From Monosiga brevicollis MX1 (lineage: Eukaryota), in the NCBI RefSeq assembly GCF_000002865.3, contig NW_001865079.1, positions 81,858 to 145,857 of the forward strand: a stretch of DNA of 64,000 nt. Direction: 5' to 3'. The position numbers were made by a program, and so were the translations under genes. Positions within the stretch are counted from its first letter, which is position 1; each line of letters starts with the position of its first letter. Positions 37,601-47,700 of this stretch are shown one piece after another. Under the pieces are notes generated by a model. The model was given only the letters and a program-made list of their open reading frames with translations. It was not told where the DNA came from and ran no database searches.

Positions 37601-40323
37601 CTCGAAGATACCTGAAAATACCTCACGCGCATGGTCTGCCCTTGCCTGTCCGGCTGCAGCTACTCGTGTATGGCGAGGCGACAGAGCCTGTGTTGGTCAT
37701 CGTTTTGGAGGTCGCCGGCATGGGTCTCGAGATTGTGAATCAACTCCAGCGCATTGTCCAGCTGGTGGGTGACCCGCAACATGCTCGCCAGGGTTAAAGG
37801 GAAGGCAGGGAAGCCCCTGGGAGTCAAATAGTCGAAGAAACAACGCTCAAACACCTTGTTGTTGCTGTCTTATCCTCACGAGCTGTGTGCGATGCGATGT
37901 ATGCGGGCGCTGTCCATGATACTTAGAGCAAAACCACGCAGCGTGCACGCCAGACCGCAGACGTTTTTGCGAGTGTGACACCAAGCCCTGTATCAGCACT
38001 TGTTATAGATGGCCAGCACATTGAACCATCAGCAGGCCTACGGCAAGCGCAGATGGACCGTCATTCGCTCAAGTCCATCACTGCCCTCGGTACGCTGACA
38101 AGCGGCGGTCGCTCTCCAAGCTGCACACCGTCATGCCTTATTCCGTTCAATCCTCTGGCGCTTCCTGCATGCAGGTCAGGGTCATTTTGGCAAGGTTTAC
38201 CTGACCGAGTGGAGTCCCACCGATGGACGTGAGCCTCGGAAGGTGGCGACCAAAATGCTCCGGTCTGACGCCACCGACGAAGATCGCGTAAGGCGCGCAC
38301 TTGCATGGATGGATGATGCAGATTGATCTTTTCTTCACCATCTGTGCACTCGGCCATTGCTCCCGTTGCTCTTGATAGCGCAACTTTTTGCGAGAGGCCG
38401 AGCTGGCGTGCCAGCTGCGCCACCGAAACATCGTCCAATTTGTTGGTGCGTGCCCGGTCCCAATCACATGGTCGTGAACCACCGACGGGCTGTCTCAACA
38501 TGCCAAACCCACCCTTTTGCAGGATGCTTGTTGGAGTCGGACCCGTGGTTGTTGGTCCTGACATACGTGCCGTATGGCGATGTGCGTCGCATCCTGAAGA
38601 CGATTCGCGGTGGCGGCGCGCGTTGCAGTACGCTTGAGCTCTTGAAAATTGCTACGCAATGCTTCCAAGGTGAGGCGACAGGCTCATCGCGTTGCACCGC
38701 CCAGAGCTCCGCCGCGCCCCGCACCTGCATGGTATGGCAAGGGCCTACTGAGTTGGCGCCGATTGCTCACTCTTTGGGATTGAACCTGTAGCCATGACCT
38801 ATGTGAGCGAACAACGCTGCCTGCACCTGGACCTGGCAACGCGCAATCTGCTGGTCGGGCTCGAAAACCATGTGGTTCTTACAGATTTTGGGCTCGGGCG
38901 GCGCCTGGCGAAGGATGAGGCAGCCTGGCATTGCACCAACCCAGGTTCGGCTGGGCTTGGCATGCACAGGAGGGACCACGGCGGTCGAAACACCTGATTT
39001 TCGGCATGACGTGCTGGCATCACGGCACGCTGACGCGGTTGGCATCTTTGGCTCGCAGGTCGCATGCCCATCAAGTGGCTGGATCCACAGGCCATGTTTG
39101 ACGGAGTTTTCAGTCCACAGACGGATATCTGTAGGTGTGCCCGCAGACTCGATGTCTTGCTCCTGGGCCGCATGGCGAGCGATACGTGCTCACTGCGTGT
39201 GCTGCGTGTCGCTTCGGCGGTCATTGGTTCCAGGGGCGGCCGGTATTACACTATGGGAGGTGCGTTTGTGAAGTTTGAACAGCAAAAAGCGTCAGAGGGA
39301 AGGGGGGTGTGGGGATGTAAAAAAGAGTGGGTGCCCGGCGTGTCGCAGGTTCCGGTGCAGGTTAATGTTCACATTGTCCATGGGCTGGTTGATTGGTGAT
39401 AATAGCTGTGGTCACATGGCGCACTGCCCTATGGACAACTCAAGGGTGAGTCTTTTGTCACCCACTGCTTTGCTGCTACGCCGAATGGCTGAGCAGGAGT
39501 AGCATTGGCCACAATACAATCTTGTCACCTTGTTTTGATCGATGCGGCGGCTGCGCGAATAGGCAAGGCGTATGAGGCGCAGTTTCGGGCGGGCTTGCGA
39601 CTGGAGATGCCTAACAAGTGCCCGGCGTCGGTGTTTGGGCTGATGACGGCTTGTTGGCACAGTGATCCCTTGCAGGTCTGCTCGCGCTTGGTCTGATCCG
39701 CGCTGCAATCGCATCCAATGCTGGCTGTGCTCATGGTGCGCCATGAATCTTGTATTGTCTTAGCGGCCAACGTTTGGCAAGATGACGACCCAGCTGCAGC
39801 GCATTGCCGCTGCAGGCATTGCCAAATTGGCACAGGATCGCCCTTCGGTGACAGTGCGCGACCTGGGGCTGCTTGCCCAGGCGTTGGAGCGCCAGCAAGG
39901 TTTGTGCCAAGCCCATCCAGGATTTAAATTGTCTCCAGGTCGAAGGCAAGGTAGCATCAGACTCATAGCGACTCGTGGTTGACAGATGTCAGTGTGGTGC
40001 CACGATACTCTGTCAACAAGGACCGTGACTTGCACGGCCCGCGGCGGGCCACGGCACGCCAGGCAGATGAGAGCAAGAATGTTTCAAAAACGGACGGCAA
40101 GTCCGTAACCGCTGCGGTGCTCTCAACGCCGTCGTCGTCGGCCTCTGCCTCAGTGAGCGAGACAGCCCAGCCACCATCGCAACCAGCCCAAGAAGCTGCG
40201 GCACCGCTGGCACGCCCGCCCATGACGCGCCTGGCAGCTATTTCCGAAGCACCAGCCATCGAGTCACAAGACGTCTCGACCGCCGCCATCATGCCCACAC
40301 CAATGGATGATTCCAACTGTTAA
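34683..40323 (+). CDS. Cytoplasmic tyrosine kinase with PTB-like domains (HMTK-like), multi-exon
   Basis: MGSSSS N-terminus (myristoylation consensus). Two PTB-like regions from ~36490. Kinase motifs LG/SGHFGKV, VATK, FLREA, HLDLATRNLLV, DFG, MPIKW, LMTACW. Confidence 0.8.
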
Positions 40324-40922
40324 GCTGAAGCCTGGGCATCTCATCTGTGGAAAGTCGGTTGTGACCAAGATGGGACCCCGTGCGGGATAAAAGTACTAAT
40401 TATTCTGTGTTACTACAATAAGCATCTAAACATTTGAATGGAATTTTCTTATGGACGCATCAATTTTATAGAAAATAATGTTTACGAGTGTTTACGGAGC
40501 GTCGTGACTTATGTTGATGATTGTTGCGCCGAATGTTATTTTGCCCAACGTAGAGTTAAACGGTGGTCATGGCCACCGCGCCATCGCGGTTCCAGCTGCG
40601 CGACATGGACGACAGTGGTCCAGCAGTCAGCTGGAGTGGGTTTTTATTCAAAAAGGCTTGATGTGCATGTTGCTTCAAGAACCGTTGATAAATGTAAAAA
40701 GAGCTAATCAATTGGCAGAAGCACCAGTGCAAAAAACATGGTGCATGGCCTGCGGCACAGCCACAGGACTGTTGTTTGTATTTGCTTTTTTTTTTTGTTC
40801 TTATTAAGACCATTGCATTACTTAATGTCGCACTGCTCACACATGGCCTGTCAGCTCTAGACTTGGTCAAAAGAGCGCAGGGGAAGAAGAACATGTGCGC
40901 ATCGCATCACATAAAGGAGACT

Positions 40923-42152
40923 TTACGACTCTTGGGGGGCAGAATTGTTGTTGCGCGAGGTCTCGAGGGAGAGCTGTTTGAGGCGCTCGGCTTGGGCGGC
41001 AGCCAGGTCCGTCAATTTGCGGTTCCAGACATCTTGGACGGTGCGCTTGACGCGGCAGGAGAGGTGGGTGACATCGGGGGTGACGACCAAGTTGCCAGCG
41101 GAAGTCACGGGCTTGCCGTTGACGGTGAGGATGATGTCAAACTGTTGAATGCCAATCTGGTGGGCGGGGGTGTTGGAGATGACGTCGCGGGCAAAGGTGA
41201 AGGGGCCGACGGTCATGCCCTCAACACCAAAGTCGCCGGGGCCAACGGCGCCGCTGAGCTCGATTTCCTCAGTCTCCTCGTCGACGAACTCGCGGAGGAG
41301 GTTAAAGTCTTCGCTCACACCCTTGGGGTCCAGGGTGCCACCCAGGGAGGCGGGAATCTGGGTCGGGCCGAAAAAGGTTTCGAGGCCATCGCCCTTGGAA
41401 CCCACCAGCTGCACGCGCTCGCGCAACTTGGCGTTGACAAAGGGGCGCACGATGCCCCAGACCATGGACATGACCGCAGAGTGGTGGCAGAGGGCGATGG
41501 TACCGACACGAACGGGGAGGCGATCCTAAGTGTGCAGACATTTTGGGGTGGAACGAGTGAGCACCACGCACGAGGCGGGAGTTGCGGTGGGGGTTCGCTA
41601 GCGAGGCGTAGTGGAGCAACGGGAAGGGTATCGTACCTGGAGGAAGCGAATGACGTCGTGCTGGACTTCCGAGGTGAGGTCGGACCAGCCAAAGTTGGTG
41701 GCGTCGGCAATGACAGCGACACCAGTGCCGGCGAGCTGGGCCCCACGGCGCTGGAGAAGCTGTTCAAAGAGGTAGTAAAGGGCCTGAACAATGTGCTCCT
41801 TGCGGAAGGCGTTGAAGTTGAACTTGGAGTAGTCGCTGAAGAGAACGGTGTGGCCGAGGGGTCCAGGGGCGGGGAGGGGGGTCAGCATGCCGCTGCCCAG
41901 GACGTCCAGGAAGCGGACGGCGGTCATGGGGTGATGGTCCGAGCCGAGGTGCTCATCTTCCCAGGCCTCGAGGTTGAAGAGACGCTCCGAGGCCTTGGTG
42001 AGGTCGTACTTGGCGACGCGAAGGAAGCGAAGCAGGTAATCGTCGTCATCGTAGCGGATGGGAAGGCGAGTGGGGGCTTGACGGCGACGGGCATCGTTGT
42101 CAATGTTGCGGCGGAAAGCGGCAAGGGTGCCGGTGATGTCCGAAGGAGCCAT
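40923..42152 (-). CDS. CRAL-TRIO (Sec14/TTPA-like) lipid-binding protein with C-terminal PDZ domain; 2 exons
   Basis: DDDYLLRFLRVAKYD (CRAL-TRIO_N), LQ/DRLPVRV, IVRPFVNAKLRERV, IPASLGG. Then PDZ-like DVISNTPAHQIGIQQFDIILTVNGKPV. Intron ~41527-41636. Confidence 0.85.
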
Positions 42153-42373
42153 GGTGGGGCTTTGAGCTTGAGCTACGGAGGGAGATGGGTGATTGAACCC
42201 GGGGGATAGCGCGACCGGAGCGTGTTTGGCGGGATGAGTGATGGCGGAGGATGCGGGGTTGTTACTGGGCTCGGGGTTGGGAGCCGTGGACCACGGGATG
42301 GGAAAGGGAAATGGGACGGCCAGCGGCACTGCTGCCAGGGTGCTTGGTGTGTGATTGGTGTTGGGCAATGCCA

Positions 42374-42436
42374 TGGTGTGAGGGTGTGAGGGTGTGAGGG
42401 TGTGAGGGTGTGAGGGTGTGAGGGTGTGAGGGTGTG
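42374..42436. repeat. 8-bp tandem repeat (GGTGTGAG)n, ~7.5 copies
   Basis: Perfect period-8 G-rich array. Confidence 0.9.
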
Positions 42437-42765
42437 AAGCAGATCAGATCTTTCAAGACACACCACGGTGCGGCGTGGGCGCGGCGGATGGAGGGACAAA
42501 GGAGCGTGTCAACGACAACACAAGACACGACGCAAGATTGCGTCAAGACAAGCAGCAACAGCAACGGCACCAGTGGGCACACACTCTGGGTTCGGGCTGG
42601 ATCTTTCCACCAAAACAGACATTGGAAAAATGGCAGCGGGAATCAAAGCCGGCTCGTTCCCAATGGTGTTGATGTCTCGATGATGGCGTCGGTAGCGTGT
42701 TGGACAGCCGAGGGCTCCAGACGCATCATCACCACCACACTCTGATCATCAACAACTGGTGCTGA

Positions 42766-42797
<32 letters not shown>

Positions 42798-43508
42798 TGT
42801 GTGTTGCCGAGGCGTTGCATTTGGATCTGTGTGTGTATGTGTGTGTGTGTGTGTGTGGTGTGATGTGATGGCGGGGCAGTCATCGGGGTCAACAGGGGGC
42901 GCGATCCAACTTACGAGCAGCCATGATGATGATGATGATCGCGATAAAACACGCTAGAGTCCAAACTTCAAACCCAAATCAGACCAGTCGAAAACGGGGC
43001 AGCAACCAGTCGTAATGGCAGTGGTGTCCGTCCGTCAGTGAGGTCAGTGAGGTCGGAGAAGGGGGTCAGTGGCAGCAGAGAGGGATCACTGGATGTCCAG
43101 CAAGGAAAAAAATGGAGTCGTGGCCGTGTTGGGGTTCAAGATGTGGGCGGTGAGCAAGATCGGGCAGGGTCCTCCGTGTGTGTGGTAGATGCATGTATAG
43201 GGTGTGGAGGATCTGATGTTCATGTGTGGCAAAATTAAGTGTGAATGTGCTTGGCAATGTTTGTTTGGGTGTGGAGGTTTGGGGTGTGTGGTGTGGCAAA
43301 GGCGTGTGTTTTGTGTGGCGATGTGATGAGCCATCAGCACAATAACAAAAATCACATACGGGTTATTGCATTAAATTTTAGAGTTTATGTAGTTTTATTA
43401 AATTAATAAGAATTAGTTTATGTTGTATAATGATATTTAGTTGTAGCTGTGATGAGCGTCCGGTGCTTGATGCAAGACGACTCGCGCCCTTCATCACACA
43501 CACACACA

Positions 43509-43650
<142 letters not shown>

Positions 43651-43925
43651 GGTGTGACGCAACATGGAATCGGGGACATGATGTGAGGCAACACTTGGTC
43701 ATGGCGAAGTGTGCACATGTGTGGGAATACAACGTTGTTGGACGTTGGCGATGTGTGGGTGGGTGTGGTGTGATAGGGTGTGGTGCGGGTTCATTGCATG
43801 ACGTTGCAGATCGGCAGAGAGGTGTGTGTGCCACAGTGGCAAGATCAGCCCAACTCAAAAGTGTAACAAATCACACTTATAGCCGCTGGTGCAAGCTGCT
43901 CAAGGGCTTGCATAAGGATGAAAGC

Positions 43926-44003
43926 TGGTATCTAAAACTTACCTCTGTTAGTTTAAATTTTTCATCTGACATGTTAATTTATATTACATGTCTTTAAAAT
44001 ATA
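43926..44003 (+). repeat. Left copy of ~78-bp AT-rich direct repeat flanking the giant ORF
   Basis: TGGTATCTAAAACTTACCTCTGTTAGTTTAAATTTTTCATCTGACATGTTAATTTATATTA... matches 56407-56485. Confidence 0.92.
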
Positions 44004-44744
44004 AAGTCGGCACAGGTAGCTTCAGCCCGGCGAGCTGTTTCGGCGACTCGCGCGGACTGGACTGGCGCCTCGGAGCGTGAAGGCATGATGTGCAAAGAGC
44101 GCGCCTGGCGTGCATGTTGAGGCAATAAGGGCATCTACAGTGGAACGGATTCCTCCGAGATACATTCCAAGCAGCTGACAGTTCAAGCCCACCCGTCCCC
44201 ATCATCATTCACTGGCTTGCTTGTATTGTGTTCGCGTGCTTGTAAAACACAGTGAGTGTGCTTGTATCGGCGTGCTTCTCTGTCTGCATTGAAGATCGCA
44301 AGCCATTTGTCTTCACGCAACGCGCGTGTAAAAGTGCTTGCGTCTTTGATCGATTTGTTGGATGTGTACAAAGGTCAGTCGGGGGCGAGCGCTGCTACTT
44401 GGAGTGAGACGGGCAACCGCGATCGGGTAAGTAGACCAGCTTGTTCATCTCGACCCACCTCTCTTTTCCTTTCCTGTCTTTTGCTTCTTCTTCATCATCT
44501 TCTCTCATTCTCAAGCTGTGTACCTCTTTAGACGACAAGCGATCAGACGCCGGTCGTGTCAGACAGTGAAATTCTCAAGTGCTGCTCCCCAAACCGGCCG
44601 TGCAATCGCCGACACTACAGGCAACTGACAGTGAGCGCTTTGCAAAGCCTGCCATGAGCGATCGGCAGCCCTCTGGCAACCCCTCAGCGCACTTCATACA
44701 CCTGGCTCACTGCTGCATTTGCTCCGCCTGCCTCCTACCCAGCA

Positions 44745-47700
44745 ATGCCCGAAGTCGCCGCCGACAAAGGCAAGAACGGACGGCTGTCCAACGCCGCCAA
44801 GGCGGGGCATCGCCGCCACGTCTACCAAAACCCCAAGACCTCGAGGATCGAAAGGGGCTGGATGCAGCAGGAGCTTAATCGTGGCCGCACCTTCAACACT
44901 ATGCGCAACCTACCCGGCACCCACATCGACCACACGAGAAACCATCCTGATTTCTGTCGTACCCAATGGGCGTCAGACAACAGTAGCCGTGGTGCTCGTC
45001 TTGGCAAGGAAGGTGAAGCCATCCGCACCCGTGCACAGCCCAAGGCGCAAACAACGGGATGGAAAGGCCCACGCGGCGGCGGCGGCAGCAGCAGCAGCAG
45101 CGGCATTGGTAAAAGTGTCGGTGCTGGCACTCGTAGCGCTATGCAGGCAGCAAGCCGCACCGCCGCCCGCCAGACTGCACTGCGCACAGGCGCACGGATT
45201 GCTGGCAGATGGCTTGCGGGTGGTGCCGCGCGCGTGCTTCTGTGCAGCGTGCCTGGTGGCGCATTTTTCTCGGCCGCGCTGCTGGCCGTCGACCTCTACA
45301 TGAGCTACTACAACACTTGTGGGGGCGACGATGGTGGCCCCGGTCGTGGAAATCGCGAGATGGCCCGCGATCCGGGTGGGGTAGCCGTTCCTCGTGGAAA
45401 TCTGGAGGCCTTCAGCAAAGCCCCAGAACTTGCCGCCGACGATGCCGCTGCCGTGCTGGCCATTCTTATACCCCGTGCGGAGGCGGAGCTTCAAGGTCTT
45501 CCCTTCAGCTCTCGCACGGGTGACCTGCACTCCGCCGTGGTGCAGATCGTTGTGGCAGAACTCGCCACTAGCATCTACGTCGACAACGCCTACCCGTTTT
45601 TTTCCCTTCATTTCAACAAGGATGCCTGCCTTTACCCCGTGCTGCACCCGCTGCTGCGCGAGACGCTCGTGGGCCACGTCATCGCCACGCTGGACTACTA
45701 CCTCAAGGGGTTCCTCAACGGCGGCGTGTACCCCGTTGAATACCTGATGAACTGGCACGAAGGCAGCTGCGGGGTGCAGCGTGAGGAGCTTAGGCAACAC
45801 GTTGTTGACCTCCGCACCTTGGTGGCAACCCACGGTGGCGAGGGGGTTGCGTATAAGTCACTTCTCGAGATGCTGGCTGAGGCTGGCGTCGCAGACCTTG
45901 TAAGAGGGACCGATCAGCCCGAAGAGGCCACCAGCACCGGCAAAACCACCGACGCATCGGCCAGCAAGTTCCGCACCAGTTTTCGCATTATCGGGACCCT
46001 GGAGCGAGCCGAGCGCGATGGTGACGTCGTCGCCTTGGTGCCCGGTTTTCGTGTCGAATACACGGTGGAGACCACACCTGCTTATCAGAAGGTGTTAGAC
46101 GCTCATCTTGCTGAGCATGGCGTGTACCCAGATGGCTATGCCACTGTGCAGCGTGTGTATGCGCGCGCGGCTCGGGCTGCAGAGCAAGTCATGCCCCGCA
46201 TCCCTCTCTTTGCCCCCTACTTTGCCATGCTCCGCATCATCACAGCCTGCTCCGCACTGGTGACGTCGCTTCGGTCGACAGGGAAACTGCCACTCCTGAG
46301 TCTGCCAGTCGATGCATTCCGCACGGGGGCCAACTGCAAGCTGACACGCCTGACACCTCCTTTGTATCCCCCCCTGCCCGTGCGCTACTACAAGCAGCAC
46401 GTCATTTCGATACGTCTGCTAGACCTCGTCAACCAGCTGCGTGCCAACGACAACCTTTCTGCTCTCACGCTAGACTCGCGTCACACACGAGCCTTTGAGC
46501 CCTCCAAGCTGGATCGTGAGATGGAGAGGCTTTCCTTACGCGTCTTTGAACCAATGGCCGACGTTACTTCCGCCGTCCAAGCTGCTGTTGCTACACTGGC
46601 CCAGCGCCAGCTGCCAAGCGAAGTGGACTTTGCCAGTGTCGACCTGGACGCTCTCCAGACGCACGTTCAAAATCAGTTGACTGCAGTGGCCGACGCTTGG
46701 CCAACAGTGCTGCTGCCCCGAATGATTGTGGATACAACACGGCATTTACTGGCCACGTCCCTCTTTGATGACGAGCCGTCACAGCTGCCAAACGATGGCG
46801 GTGTGGACATTGAAGCTCATGAAAAAGCTGTCAGGGCCAGAATGCCCAGCAAAGAGGTGACGGAGCAGCTACTGCAGCCATTCCTGCGCCGCCTTTCGAC
46901 CATAGACACAGTGCCTGACCGCAGCACTGCCGTCCGCCAGCATTTTGCCGATGAACTCATCACGGCTTTCCGAGCGTCGGCACTGTTTCCTCCGTGCAAG
47001 TTTCGCGAGGAGAGCCGCTTGCGAAAGCAAATTTTGCACACGCAAACTCAGTTGCGTGAAGAGCTCGCCAAAATTGATGTTTATCAACGCAGCATGGAGA
47101 AGGCTACCGAGGAGTACCGGACATCCCAGCTTGAGGCGCTTGCACAGGAGGTCCAGGATCTACATGCAGGCTTTGACCGTCGGGTGCTCGCCGTGCCTCC
47201 CGGCTGTGCCGTTGACCCAGCCGCAGTACAAGCCTTTCGGCAGTGGCTAGCCGATCAGGAACGACAGTCGCGTCAGCAGATTGAGGAAAGAGTGCAGCGC
47301 CAGGTTACAAGCAATGCCCAGGCTTTGGATGACGCTCGTCGCGATGTCAATCAGAAGGTGCAGAAGTTCATCCAAGGAATCGAACATACACTGCAGGTGG
47401 AGCCAGAAAAGCGACTCATGGGCATCCTCTCGGAAAAAGCTTCAGCATATTCATCTCAGCTTGCGGATGGAATTGTCCAGCTTCATGCCCGCCAGTCGGC
47501 TATCATTTTCCTTGACGACAAGACGATAAAGGGAAGAGTCGTGTCTCGCTGCTTGGGCGTGGCGGATCGGAGCTTCCTCAATGGGCATCAGGAGGATCCG
47601 AGGATCATAGGGGGCTGCGGGGTCAGCCTTGAGGACCTAGAGGACAGCCCGCTTTTAGCCACCACCCTATCGACCGCTCAGGCACAACACCTGCGCGTAA

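Noticed and set aside
40776..42209. 477-aa plus-strand ORF
   Set aside because: Antisense shadow of the codon-biased CRAL-TRIO/PDZ gene; no motifs of its own.
43935..43946. ACTTACCT resembling the U1 snRNA 5' end
   Set aside because: No U1 stem-loops or Sm site follow. It is better read as a splice donor on the opposite strand.
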